In this document: piece by piece, positions 1 through 14,475 of the stretch
Position numbering within the stretch: the stretch's first letter is position 1
Layout: every line of letters starts with the position of its first letter
DNA from: Oculina patagonica
Lineage: Eukaryota
Assembly: GCF_052425735.1 (NCBI RefSeq)
Contig: NC_135764.1
Coordinates: forward strand, 20,522,001-20,586,000
DNA: 64,000 nucleotides
Direction: 5' to 3'
The notes under the pieces: generated by a model
Database searches by the model: none
What the model saw: the letters and a program-made list of their open reading frames with translations, nothing else
What the model was told of the DNA's origin: nothing
Program-made: the position numbers and the translations under genes

Positions 1-155
1 TTACGTTGAATGGTAATTAATTGCGATGCTAGTTGTATATAACTCTTTTAACTGGGCAGGAAAGAAATCGTAAACCAAATTGCTCAATCACACAAGTGAT
101 GCTTATCAAGTTATTTTTTTTAAAAAAAGAAAGACAACGACACATTTGATTTTAA

Positions 156-195
156 AACAACACATTTCAGTCGCTCAACGACCATGTTCAGTTGT
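156..195 (-). mobile_element. Decayed Penelope-like pLTR fragment with hammerhead-like motif
   Basis: The minus strand reads ACAA-CTGAACAT-GGTCG(TTGAG)CGACT-GAAAT-GTGTTGT, followed by a T-rich tail. This resembles the CTGAnGA-stem-GAAAC motif of Penelope pLTRs after CpG decay. Confidence 0.45.
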
Positions 196-2019
196 GAGTA
201 AATTGACATATCTCTTTCTTAATATTTTAGTCAGTCTGCTTCTATTCAGAGTCAAATAATTATGCGATACAAAACGGTCTAAATTTACAAAATGTTCTTC
301 GGGACAAAAACCTTTAACACGGTCACGGAACCATTGAAGCAATGTTCGTTTTTCCCCGGTTACGATTTTAAAACATCATTAACCAGTTAACTCAACTACG
401 GTTGCAAGCCTGCTTGACAAATATAGCATAACATCGTTACAAGTATTCGCTCCTATATAGCCACTGTGAATATTTGTTTGATTTCAGACACTAAATATTG
501 TAACAAATGTTGTTCAGTTAACTGGCACCTAGTGTTCCTAGTCGCGATCGCAGCCGGCCGTTTCTTTCGAAGGAGACTAATTCCAGGATTGAACGCAAAT
601 GAGAAGCACGTTCCTCATGACAGGCATCACAAAGTGTCCTCATTAATAAAAGTTCACCAAAACAACACACCTTTCACAATCTGTCAAATATGAAGTAATA
701 TGGAAATGTCAAATATCACAGTCAAACATGGAGGTACTCATTAAACAATACTTGCGTTCAATCCTAGATTGAGCCTGAAATTGGACTAGAAACATCTGAG
801 CAAAATAAAACGCATGTATGACCAGAATTAACCTTACACTCTTTTATTTCGAGAATACACTTGATACTTTATAAGAATGTCGAGGCTGAAATTTGCGAAA
901 TTTAAAGAATAATTTAAGAATAAACCCGAGGCTGAGAACTTTGAAAATAATAATAATAGTAATTTTGTGTGTTGAAAATTTGGAAATAAAAAAAAAGCAG
1001 CACTAGCCGAATGTTTGATTCTAATAACATTTCTACAACAAGTTATACACCAAACACTTGTAACTGATACCCCAATACATTTTAAAATGCAAATGTCATA
1101 CGCTATAATCTTAGAATATTCACATGCAAGAATATTTTCAGCCTTATGTCGACAGAAAAAAACAAGAGTATTCAGACTGGGCCGGAAAAACAATATTCTT
1201 ATAGAAAAAAAGAGTATATTTAACTTTTCTACGAGTGGTGAAGTAAAAACAAAACCAGATGTTTATTGCAAGTTTTGCATAATGTTCAGAGTGTTAAACA
1301 AGAGGTAATACAAATTCATGAATTGCTAACAACACGGCTCTGCACTCTATGAGCGGGCTTGATACAATGAAAGCTTGCCGTAAACTTCCTAGCTGCAAAA
1401 AACGGTTGACCTGATTGCAGAACAATACGAAAAATGGCGACTTGCGGTTTGACTTTATATGCAATAAGATGCGTATCGCCATTTAGTATGTTCATTCAAG
1501 ACACAAGCGTTTCCCTAATGCTAACTCAGCTTAATTTCATGACAATATTAAGGTTTCACCATATATTGAGGTCTCAATCTCCATTCTGGCAGCTGTAGAC
1601 AATTTTATATTTTTTTCACCTGTCAAGCACGGTCGCATAGCTACGACAAATACGGATAATGTAGATGCGGAAAATATTAGAAGTAGGATGTATTAAAAAA
1701 TGGTCGAGAAAACGTAAAGAAACATGAAAGGTTTAGCAAGAAATGACTTCAATGCTTCCATGTAAGTTATCTTCATATTTTCTTTGCAGCAATGTTTAAC
1801 AATACACTTATTGGATGAGTTTTTCTTAAGTGTTATCAGCCGAAGCGTAACTCTTTTGATTATTCTGGATATCCAATTATTGTTTATTATTCTCTTCAAT
1901 TTTCTACCAGTTGATTAAACAAATTTTGAAGCAACAGCCTTTTTTACAGTTCGGCATAATATAAGAGAATGCTTTATGTTGCCGTATTTTTTAATCTCTA
2001 TACCAGTTGCAGTCACAGT

Positions 2020-2333
2020 CATAACAATTAGTCTACGGTTTAATGAGCGAATACTGAACGAGGCGCAGCCGAGTTCACTATCACTCATGGAAAACGAGGG
2101 CAGGTAGTCTAATTATTTTAGTAGAAAATCTTAACTGGCTGCAGTCCAATACCTACGTACTTTTAAGCGAAACATCAAGAAAAATTGTCCCTTAAAAGAG
2201 CAGCGCGAGCGCGGTCGTGTTCTTTCTGCGAATAGAAAACAATTGGATAACACAGCTAATAGAACACAGCCGAGTTTCAACTAAAAGATTGATAGACAAT
2301 TGGTAGATCGATATTGATAGACTATAAGTCTAT
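2020..2333. mobile_element. Unclassified non-autonomous hairpin element (GAGGCGCAGCCGAG loop)
   Basis: Inverted arms AATTAGTCTAC (2026) and GTAGTCTAATT (2104) surround a GAGGCGCAGCCGAG loop (2060-2073). The right boundary is approximate. Confidence 0.5.
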
Positions 2334-5300
2334 TCTCCACCAAATAACACGTATTCAAAACCCTTATCTAAAAAACAATATCTTGAAATGTATATAAAGA
2401 TCGTTTTTTTTTTTGGTTTCATCTGCAGCCATATATATATGTCGATACGCAACATTGTAACAGGGGCTTTCTTTGCAAAGCCCAGAAGGGCTTGCTGTTG
2501 GCTAATCAGCTCCAAACCACAAAAATATAAAGAGCGTTTTTGGAAATAATAAATAATATTCTCAGGGCAAATAAAGGACTGACTGACTGTTGATGAATTT
2601 ATTTATAAATTCTTCTATATTAATTGGCCTGTGAACAATTATTGAAGACGTCTTGAATATGAAACGTCTTTTCAAACCAGAAGTGGCGCAGTTTTTGTCT
2701 AATTTTCCTTCACCTCACTTTCACTCTTGGCTTCATATAGTACAGAAATACAATGGCGTACTCTATCAGGACATTTCGGACAAGAGGTTTTACGCTGCCA
2801 TTTTTTGGCCTTTACTCTAGTATTCTTCCATGCTGTTAAGTGTCGTAGAACCTCGATAGAAACAATAGTGACATAACATTCTGCTAAACCAACTTGCTTG
2901 TTTTTCTTTATTTCGACAACAAAGCTCTTGGTCTTTTGACAATATGTTAATGAACGTTTTAAAAACGCTTTTGTTAATATAATATGGCAAATCCTGAAAC
3001 ACATTGGTCTACATTTTGTTTGTTCCAAACACCTTATCGAAGTTTTTGTCGGAAAACTTTTCAAAAATTGAATAGGAACGCGGTGTGTCACCTAAGTGTG
3101 ACTACAAGATCCGTCAGATTTTGATTTCTCCTCAACCAAATGCAAGAATGGAAAATGTCTTGAAAACGTCCATTGCCGTGCTGCACCATGCAGCAAAAAT
3201 GAAATTTTACTAATGGAAAAAAAGCTGTCTCTTTACTTAGAATAAATCCAACTCTTTTTTCATTATTTTCGGTAACCATTTAGCCAGTTTCAATTACTGA
3301 TTATGAATTGGATGGTTTCTGAGGATATCAGCGTTTCCATAGAGATTCCGTTTATTAATAAGACCAGGAACCATTAAGGTTCTCATTTAAGCTTTGCAAA
3401 ATAGACACCCGACTTAAAGTCTACATAAACAATTATCTTCCCTTGTTTTCCTTTTCAGCATCGACTTCCAGTTGCTGAATAATATTCATGAAAAAGAATT
3501 CCCGGGCATTGTTACCGGATATACGCAAGTCAGGATTCGTCAAAGGTACATGTACAGTCTGTTTCTATTCATTTGGTTGTTTGTACATCTAAACACAAAA
3601 CAAACAACGTGAAAAACATGAAAAATTAATTGCCAGCGACAACAACACGACACGAAAATTCAGATTCACGCTTGCATCAACATATTAAGTTCAGTGGTAC
3701 TTATAACCCTTAGTCAAGAGAACCCCGAGTTAAATAAGTTTTCAATTTTCAAGCTTAAAATATTGATTTCCCTTTAAGGAGAGGTCTTTCGACTGTCGTG
3801 CTTTCTGTACTGTTAGTTCAGGGTATATGACTGGTACATCAGACAACTAGTTGATGATTTTTTTAATTATTATTCTCATTTGCTATTGCAAAAACGCAAG
3901 AAGACTGGGGGCGAGTATGTTAAGATCGATCAGATAAAAAATCTCACCATTCAAATAAAATGCTACATGAAAACCACCCCAACCATCCCTGAGAAGCTGA
4001 GAATTGGCGAAATGACAGGCTTGCAAAATGCAAACTGAAGCGTTTAAAACTTAAAATTTATGGCACGTCTACCCAATCTAAAGAAACTCTCTTAAGTATC
4101 TTTTTTTCGATATTTTAAAAGCTGCCAGACGCTTCCAATCCCTTTTAACCTTGTAAAGGTTGTCTATATTGAGGCCTTCTTTTATGTAAATTCTTTATTT
4201 TCCAAACAAACGTTTTTCTGACGTTTTTATTAGATGTTGATCCTTCTTTCCAGCATAAGTATTAAAACGTGACTTTTCGCAGTATCCTACGCGGTATCTT
4301 CCGAATATTTCAAAGTCCATAACAAATTCATCAAATCTGCCGGAAGACCTGGCCGCAATTAATATCAAAAGGACAGATTTATCATTTACCGCATGTTTTC
4401 TCGTGCAGATAAACCGAATCTGAAAAACATGTGTTGATATAAAATTGTGGTGACTTGATGCATGTAGACAAAAAAACACAAAATACTGTAATTACTTTTC
4501 CTGGAGAGTTCGTTCTAGGGCCTAAAGACATTAAAGAATACGACACTTTTTTTAATTTTATTGTGTTCTAAATATGCAAAACGAAAACGTTTGAATTTTT
4601 AAGAAAAAAGACACCCTAAAATAAGATATTCTGTATAATCGTCTTCCTTATCTTTCGTAATTTCCAACTTGTTTCGAAGAAAAATTAAGATTTTTCTAAA
4701 ATCTTCTGTAGAAAAACAACACTGTTATTTTTAGCTTTTTTATCTATGGTAAATATTTATAATATAGCTGAACACAGGTGAAAAATTTCTCACGCTATGT
4801 GAAAGCGAAGTTTAGTGCTTCTAGTACAAGATGATCGTTACTAAAAGCTATTTCCATCCTTTTTCTCGTTTTATCTTTACATTTCGTCGCTCAGAAACAG
4901 CTCAAACTATCAAATGATCAATTACTGCGTCGCGAGCACCAGCACCACTTCTTGTGACACTGATGCGATCTTTGGCTCTACGACGTTTGCATTACACGAA
5001 ACAAGACTGCAAATATTTGACTTTCACTCTGATAATAAACTGCATAACTAATGCTACTCAAAATAGCGAATTTTGACAAGATAGGGCGTGAGATCAACTA
5101 GAAACCGCAATAGATTTTGGTTCAAGAGAGTTAAATGTTCTCATTGCGAAATAATATTAATCCAACTTCCGATTCCTGACGTGACTTGTAGAACAGACCT
5201 TGTTTATTTATACAGTTTTCTAGCTTTCAACACCAACTACGTGATGTAGGCATCGGTCCAAGGCTAAAAAGAAAGGATTTATCGGTCAAACATACAAACG

Positions 5301-5820
5301 TATTATCAGAAACCATGCTGTGAAGAATGAAAACGTCCCGCAGATGCCGCAGTAGGATGTAATTTTGCCCACAGAATGCTCATCACGAAAAATACTCACA
5401 AATTACATCAGTAAAGATTTGGAACAAATTTTGGCCGTTGACCGTTTTGCTTTATCTAAGTCCTAGTAGCACTTCGACTTCCATAAACATTTCTGCCGTT
5501 GAAGCGAGCGTTCAGCTTTGCTTTTCAAGCCAAAATGTGGTCATTGAAAAAAAAAATCGTGAGCCGACAGCTGATACGATTTTAATACGTGATCTCGAAG
5601 CCGTATATCAGTTTTTTAACACTTATTATGTTATTACAAGGAGAACTCACGTTTATGAAAAAGAAAACCTATTCAAGCAAGAAACCAGTTTTCCGGAAAA
5701 CAGTGCATACGAAGGAAAAATAAACTAAGCAGACTCGGGAGCAGACTACGCAAGTAGGTTTTTTACTTCAAGAATAATTTCTTTAAAAAATCACAATACA
5801 AAGCCACTTACACCTGTCCA

Positions 5821-6085
5821 TGCGTGACGCTGCGTGACGTCACAGGGGCGGCGGAAATGACCCTCGTCGTTTCAAGTGACGCACGAAAGTTGTGATAAAA
5901 AAAGACGCTCAGTTGTTTGACAAGATTTGACAAGATTAGAGATTTAAAGATTTCAGTTTCAAATGAATCATCGATCGAATGAGAACAAGTAAGCTGGCGG
6001 ATTAATTGCTTGGCTATAAGCTAGCGACGGACACCGGCTTTTAAAGGATCTTAGTCGCCACTGAAACACGTGAATTTCGGTAAGT
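5821..6085 (+). promoter_or_regulatory. Putative promoter and non-coding first exon, probably of the GPCR
   Basis: CpG-rich cluster with TGCGTGAC twice, full CRE TGACGTCA (5835-5842), GGGGCGG, GCGGAAAT (ETS-like), Inr-like TCAGTT (5909-5914) and a consensus donor CG|GTAAGT at 6080. The link to the GPCR is inference. Confidence 0.45.
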
Positions 6086-7929
6086 TGTTTTCTTTTTTTC
6101 AGCTTAAGTTAATAGGCTTTATTTTGCTGCGACTGCATCAAAATGGCCACAGTTCTAAACTAAAAGCGCTCAAGGCTAAATCAAAATAAAAACAGTATTT
6201 AGGTTGACATGAATGAAAAAAGTCGAGATTGTTTACATAACGTTAAATCTGGTATTGTATGTTATTTTAAATTCAAATTCTGTGAAGTTCAGTTTACATT
6301 TTAAAATGAAGCGGTAGATTTTCATGGACCACAAGAAAAAGTCCATGTCAATTATCGATCAGTTCATTTGCTCATAGCTGGAATCGAAATATCACAACAT
6401 CTCTTTTTCCTAAATTAAGAATGGTTGTTTATACACGATATTTAATTTAATATTCCCCTGTTTTTAATTTCATATGACCCTTTAAAATTTCTACTCTAAA
6501 AAGGAGAGGTTTGAAAGTGTTTTTTCTTTTTTTCCTTGATGTGGTTAAAACCACCATACCACAAGCATGAGTAAATAACAATTTATATTTCAATCGGTTA
6601 TTTACCTCGTACTGTCCGTGATTTTTTTTATAGCCGGAAATGGAGACATAGAATAATCACGCATGCTTAAATGTTTTCCAGCCGTGAAAGTCATGTATTC
6701 ATCCTTTTTCGAATTTCTACAAATGACGTTTAAACCTAGAATAGTAAGACAATACGGAATCCGCTGTTGGCTTCTTCTATCATGCAAGATAAACATTTTG
6801 TAAATTGAAATAACGTTCATTTTTTAAAGTTGTTAATAAAGCTCAAGTGTTTCTAACAGATGTTTTATCCTTGTCTCAATCAAAAAAATACGTGCGAGAT
6901 GGCTACGGGACAAACGTTACGATTGCGTGACAAAACGTGACTGTGATCTAAATAATTTTCTTGTCAACACGCAAACTTTTCTTTTGTGCTTTTCTCGACT
7001 TCTTCGCTCGCGAATTTTAAATTAATACTTATTTTAGCAGAGGAACATAATGAACACTTGAGGAGATTTAAACAAGTTTGAAAATGTACGGACGTTCCAA
7101 CAGACTTCTGCCCAGGGGGAGGGGAGATGCGGTCATTCTTTATTATGAATAACGTGACCGGAAAATAAGAACCAGTGTTTGGGGTATGAAATTATTTTCT
7201 CGAAGGGGGGAGGGGGGAGGGAAGGATCATGTATAATGTTTGACATATATACCGTACGGTCTTTCGTTATCCATATCTTTTTTATTGCATTTGCCTTTAT
7301 CACTTATGGCTGTATAAAAAGGTTCATGCCCGCTCTGTGTTCAGGTCAGGCTCCCTTATTGACCACCGAGTGTTTTTAACACCATCGTGCTGATTTTTAA
7401 CTCTCTTATTGTTTTTTTTCGGGTTGGGGAAAAAAAAGAAAAACCAATATGCGCTGGGAGTCTGTATACATTAGGCTCAATTTGAAATATTGTATTAACT
7501 TCAGTGGCATGATAGTTATTTTGTAATTAAGGTGTTCGTATATTCCTTTCATTCTATCCAGTGTTAACTATTTTTGTTCCTTTTTGGATTACTCTTGTGT
7601 ATTTGACCGGATGGTCTATTTGGGGGATGAAAAATGGCTTGATTATTTTGGGTTTATTACTGTCAAGTTTTTACCCTCCTCATCAAATGTTTTCTTCAGT
7701 ATTACAGTATACCCACCCTACTCTCCCTAGAGATATTTGGCTCTCTTTGCCCCACCCACGCATTGGCTACTCATAGGATAGGGTTTCATGTCAAACGCCT
7801 GCATACTTGATAACGTTATATGACGACCTTTAGTGAAGTCCAATATGAAGTATGCGATTAGGGTGTGAAGCACTGCGCATGGTTAATATCAAATACACAT
7901 CTACGTGCCTTAAAACACGTGTCTTTTTG

Positions 7930-7993
7930 AAACGAGAAACGGGTCTCGCGAGAAACGAGACGAGAGGTGGTAACTTACTTTTGAGCGGTACTA
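7930..7993. mobile_element. MITE terminal fragment
   Basis: Short AACGAGA subrepeats end in GGTAACTTACTTTTGAGCGGTACTA, a TA-flanked TIR-like end. No partner end was found. Confidence 0.4.
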
Positions 7994-10900
7994 TAATAGC
8001 TAAGCAGCAACAGTAATTGGCATCTATCTTTTCCCAAACATTTTACACAAAATCAAGCATGCACGTTATGAGAAAACAAATAATTGATCACTACAGGAAA
8101 ACTGTCTTAATTCATATAAAACCATCATATTTTTCCGAACCAGTAAGGAGATTTTGTATTTTGACATCGGTCTTAAGGACGTTAACTCTATAAACAGTAA
8201 ACAAGAACAGTACGGTCATTCCAGCACGATCAAAAAACATTTTAAGTAAAAAAAGGAGTTTGTATTCGCCAGCCTTATTTTCTTTGGCCGACGGAATGGT
8301 ACCAGTAGGCCTTTAATGACATAAATAAGAATTTTATTGGTATTATTGTATGTCCATTAGAGCTTTGATTGTGTATTGCACCAATGATAGAACCGGAGCT
8401 TAAGAATTTTCCTTGACAGGAAAAAACAAATTTAAAGGCGTGAATACCCTCATGCTACACTCAATTTTTTTTACAGACAGCACAATATAATTTTATCGAT
8501 CGTATGTCTTACGAAGGCTGTCGGAAGTTTACAGTTTCTCTTGACCACGTCTTTTATGCTCAGGCCGTGAGAAACACAAGAGGGGAAGCATTATTTCAAT
8601 ATCATTTTATAACGTTGCCATCGCTTATTATGCAGAAAATAAATTTCGGCTAAAAATTCTTCTGATAAACCAGAAAACAAATGAATTTAGTTGGCTTAGT
8701 TCGGTCTGCGTGCAAAAAGGGGTGCATAAATGTCGTATTGATGTGAGCAATTGTTCAATTTCCAAAACGAAACACAAAAGAAATGAATTAAAATGAAAGG
8801 TCATTTGTATTTGCAAAGTCATGGTTCGTTCACGGTTCAAAAGATCTGCGGTGTCGTGTGTTCCAATTATTAAATAAAGAAAAGACCACAGAATATCAGA
8901 ATAAGCGTGGATGACAAGTTGCATGCTATATTACAGGGCTTGTTTCGTAAGCCACAAAAATCCTTGCATTCTTTCTCGGAAACATGCGAAAAGTAATAAT
9001 TTTTTAACGAAAACAAAATCAAATCAACAAGCCTTGCTCTACTTGACCTTGACTTCGTATAAGATGCACGCATACCAGTCACGTGGTACGTTTGTACTTA
9101 ATTATCATAATTACAAGAGCAAGTTTCCTGCGACGTCGTAACTCGAAAATAAGCAAGTGTTGGCAATAGCTTCTGGGATGTTTTCAGTTCATTCAAGAAG
9201 AGATTGTCTAGTATAAAACTTGATGCGAGAAAAAGAGCATGTTTAAACGTGATTTCCAGATCGCTGATTTTCAACAAAAGAAAACAATGTTTTTGCTTCT
9301 GCAGATGACTCAGTGAACCATTAGTAAGCCAATCATATTGCTGTAATTAGCGACCTCCCAATTCGCAGGGTACTAATGAATACATATAGCCTCAAGGCCT
9401 TGAAACACTCTCAAACATCCGTTTATAGAAACGGTGCCATCTGCTTGAACGTAATTAATGAATCCCTATTTAAGTTTCGTGTTCAGGGTCATTTGAAAAA
9501 TTGTGCTCAGATTTTTAAAAAGGTTCCCGAATTAGAAGAAGGGTTAGTTTGATAACTACAAGAACAGCTTGAATAACTCGTTTGCTCGGCGAAAACAGAA
9601 AGAAAAGAAGCGAACGAAAGTGTTTCCCAGGTAGGTTGTTATGTTAATCCACGCTTTGTTAGCCAATAACTCACAGCAAGTTCTGTGTATTGTGCTTTTT
9701 ATGTTAGAAAAGCACCGAAGTGATTAGAAGTCAATATGAGTATGCTTTAAACACCTGCATTTTAAATGAATGCGACACGAATAACTCTTTAATCCAGACT
9801 GGTTTTGTAACTAGCACGAATCATTTACAAAGTTCAACAAGAAAGCAAAACACAGTAGCAATAATTGCTTATCGGAGCGTAATGACGAACAAGGCGGTAA
9901 ACACCGTTTTATTTCATTTAATTCAGTCTCAACGAAAATCACTGCGTTGAAGAGTGTACCGCTAAACTTTGTGAATTGTTTCATCGAAGAGTTGATCCCA
10001 AAAAAGACAAGTAAAAGAGCATATAGCGTCCCAGCTTGACCAAACGTCCAAGTGTAATGGAGTGGAAACTATAGTTCATGAAAGCATCATAAAATACTAA
10101 TACGAATATTAATTGTTCGTTTGCATTTTCAATACAAGTGCAAATCTCTCTCAAATAAATATTTCCGGCGGCTCAACGCCTTTCTTAATCGCTTCTTTAC
10201 CTTGTTCACAAAACAATTGGCATAGGAAAAACACAGTAGGCTTTTTATGATTAAAGCAGTTAATCATATAAGCGATTAAGGGGTAATTTGGAGTGCTTAC
10301 AAATGACCGACTTGCCAATGCGCAGTTTACGCTTTGCCGAGCTCTTTGTTAACGAATTACGTTCCAATAATAAAATAAACAAATTCGTAGACACAGTGGC
10401 GAGGTAGAAGAACAGGCGAACAATTTATAATCATTTCAACGAGTCTGTCTGTCGGTGGAAAGCAATTTCAACGAGGTCGGGAATCCTTGAATCACTGTTC
10501 CACCTGATTTGACTGTCCCGGTTGTTTTTAAGTCGAACAAGTTCGAGAGCTGCATTTTGACAACTGGCGCGTCTTAAAATGAGTCAGCGAGAGAGGTAAA
10601 CGCAAGGAGTCTTACGAATGAATGTATGTATAAACATTTTAATTGTATTCGCTATATTTCATATTGAATCACTCTTTCGAAAATTGGATCACTAGAGCAA
10701 TGCTCTGTACAGTACATATTTTCTTGAGCCAAGCATGTTGGTTCATACCAAACAATAACCAAGTTATTTCATGCTTCCAGCTGGTTATTGCACAAAAGGT
10801 GGATAACACTATTAAATGCAATTTGAACGTGTGTTTGATGTTGCTCCTATTATGTTAACCCAACACAAATTGCAATTAGCGAAAAACAGTGTTAATTGGT

Positions 10901-13900
10901 TATCAGTTTCTCAGATACAGCCGTCTAAAATCGGTTTAAATTTCAATTCGCTTTGTTTGTGTTCCAAAATACCCAATTTAGTTAACAAAACGAAAGGGCA
11001 AAAATCGCTAATAAAATATTTAAGACGCATAGTGAACGCTAGCAGTATATATATCTCATTCATACTGGGACTCGCTGTATATAGCACTGCATCATTGACA
11101 TGCACACATTACATGAAGGTCCTTGGAATATCACGACAAAAAAGTGCTAAAGGGTTTTGCTCGGCTCTTTTGACTATCATCAATCATATAATATAAACTT
11201 TAACAAAGCTCTTTAAATGGGATTTTCGACTTTTAATTAAGCATACCTTATTTACAATACAGAATTAGGAAAGCTAATGACTTCATCACACTTCTTCTTT
11301 CAAAGCATAAAAGCTTTATAAAGGCTTTGTAAAGCCTTGAATGCAAAAGCAAGAAACTAATAACTTGGGATGATAATTTATTTACATTTGTAAGCCTCTT
11401 AGACTTAAATCTTTGTTCAGTCCTTGTAAGTATAAACAGCTCTAGAAGCAATTCATTTAATATAGGAAGCAGTGAAATGTTTGTTCAAGTTTATTCTATG
11501 TAAAGCTACAAAAAGTATGAGGTCAGATTTGATATCATGTAATGAAGAAGGTAAATATTTCAAAGATCAACGGATCAAAACATCAGGTCATACATCTATA
11601 TTACTGACTTGCAAAAACCTGCAAAGCACGGTCCACAAGTTTAACTTTCTTAAAATAAACAGCATATTCTATTCCTAAGCTTAATGTCAATGGCTTTAAT
11701 CAATTATCGAACAATAACTTTTTTCATTCTTATTAGCTTTCGGCGATAACTTTTACTGTTTTTTCCAAGTTAATCTTAACTTGATTTCTAACAACTTGGT
11801 TAGCAGTTCGCCAAAAAATCGTAAAAGTTACATAATGAACTAAACATTTCTTGGTCCATGCTGTTCTTCACCTCGACAACACAAAAATGAAACACAATCC
11901 ACCGAAAGATAACTTCGAGCATTTAGCAAGGGCCGCATGAGCCAATATTTACCCATAACATAGATACCTTACAGTAATTAATTTTTCGTCATGACTTTTC
12001 ACTGCACTTACTGCAATTGCGAAGCAATCAAGCAAGGTCGCAACATGTCAGTCAAAAGGTTAAATTTAATACTTTAATCCCAATATTTTAAGTAAAAAAG
12101 TCAACAGTTAGATATGTTAGCGCTCTAGATGTACTTAAAGAAAAAAGGTCTTGGATGAGTGATATCTCGTTGAATATGCACCAACAACTGCGTTCCTATC
12201 ACTTGATTTATGTTACATAGAAAATTGATAAGCCAGCGAAAATACTTGTAAGTTTTAACACCTTCTGTTATAAGAACAAAAACTTTTATTCTTCGTTTAA
12301 GTCTTGAAGGTTTTACAGACCTTTATTTTAGTATGGCAATATTAGGTTTTTGCACCAACCATCAAACATTATAAGCCTACCTGAGCAAATCTCAAGTAAA
12401 TATACACTCGACCTGCTCAGAAAAGTTTATACTCTTTGTAGCAAGAGACTCCGAAACAAATATTATTGTTTTGTTCTTCCCCTGACGGACAGAACATCAC
12501 CATTCTATCTTTGTTGAAACATTTCTTATAATCAACTTAACCACTATTTTATTATAATATTATTGATATTTATATTTGTAAACACATGCAGACTCTAACA
12601 GTCCATGACTCACGAGAGAATACAGAGCTTCTGAGTAAGGTCGAACTTTGTTTAATTATGAAGGGAAATGACTTGTGTCCTCCATATAGCATAAAACGAC
12701 TCTTCAATATCATAAAGGGGTAGAGGTTAAAAGAGTTTTCGTCTCTAGAGGACCAAAGAAACCGCTGTCATTGAGAAGTGTAGGTTTGTTGTGGAGTGCT
12801 TGTAAAGTGTGGTGTCCTTAGAGTAACTTTCAAAGAGGACCACAAATGTTTGCATTTTTGTCGACTTGATCGGCGTTATCTGAAGATTAACAAGTAGCTA
12901 TAGGCAGTTAAGAGGCCGAAACGGAAAACGACCAATATCAAGCGTGGCGTGTCTTATGCCCTACATAAAAAACCGCTAATCACTTTGTTTACCATTAAAT
13001 ACTGCTGAGTAATGCTCATCCTTGCCACTAACGAGTATGTTTTTCAGTTCAAAAACCTTTTAGACCTTTTATGGTTGAGTTCAATGTAAAAGCGGAAACT
13101 TTACTCGACACCTCAAAATCAAGCAAAGTACAGGCAACGTTATGTAAATGCACAGATAAGAATTTACATGTGTTATTATGCACAATCGTTTTCGTGTTAG
13201 TATTGAACCGTGACTAAAATTATCAATAACACCACGAATTATTTATCATTATTAAGAATTCAACAAGTTATTTGGCTTATGAAAAGCTAAGATCATAACA
13301 CAAATGAAAGCTGTTTGGAAAAGTGTTCTCTTTTTTTTCACTTAAAGAATACGATGTGGAGGTTTTTTCTACTTTAAGTAAATCGAGTATCATATTTTTT
13401 TTTTCAAAATGGAATCGGTACATGAACGGAATAAGAATTTTTCTCGCAGTGAAATTTTAAGTGTAACCTCTAGATCATTGCTAAAAATACCTGCCTCCTT
13501 TGAGATGTTTTGCCGGGCTCCTTTATAAGTGCATCCACTTGGCACATTTCCACGGTCTTGGCGAAAAATAATAGATATTTTAACCCTTACACAATGCTGC
13601 AAAAAAGTTAATAACAACCGGTGGGCGGTAAAAGTCGCTGAATCATTCCTCGTAAAGGAAGTTTGCGGACAGTTTTGGTCACGGCAAACGATTTTCAAGT
13701 ATTGTTTTGATGAAAAAGTTCCAACTATGTTTCGAGCATTTTCGTGCAAATTTTGGAGTTTAAGGAAATGCTTGTAGATTTGTCGTCCCTACTTACAATT
13801 CTATTCGCTGAGGACACAATTGTGATCACTCCGTAAGCTGGTAAGGTAGGCTTTGTTTTGGAATGATTTGCATAATTAACATTATTGCAATACAGTTTAA

Positions 13901-14475
13901 TACGGACAGAGATAATACAAGCCATGAGTTTGTAGGTATTATGGGCTAAAAAGCAACCTACTAGCCAGAACAAAAAACTGAAAACAAAGATTTCTTTTTC
14001 ACTGTTTACACTGCACATAAATTTTTAAAATTTTGTCATGATAATGAATGAAACTCGAAGGAGAAAATCGTTCAAATGTATTCTACTGGACTGCAAGATT
14101 GGAATGATTAACGATTCTGCCATTTTCATTATCTTTAAAAATGCGAATTTATGACCGTTGAAAAATAAAACATGAGGTAAAAAACACCTTTTCACATTGT
14201 ACTCGCAGGAAACCATTTATAGCCAGAGGGGTTAACAAAATGCGTTATTAATAAATTAGGCGCTAAGCAGATTTATCAATACACGGCGAAGGGTCACGAA
14301 GGCACAACTGTTGTTTAAAACCTTTAGGGCATTAGACGAAAAGTTCCATTGTTTGATGATGAAAAATTATTACTTTTTTATTAGGCATTTAATAAGTGAT
14401 CTAGACCTGTATATTCAACTGCGTTTATCGTTTAATTGTATTTCGCCCCTGGGGTAAAATATTGCTGTATTTAAT

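Noticed and set aside
2699-3091. 130-aa ORF with a CPKC motif, possible transposase remnant
   Set aside because: No convincing domain motifs or splice context.
7250-7780. T/G-rich hydrophobic ORFs suggesting a mitochondrial insertion or membrane protein
   Set aside because: I recognised no mitochondrial protein in the frames I translated; a BLAST search would be needed.
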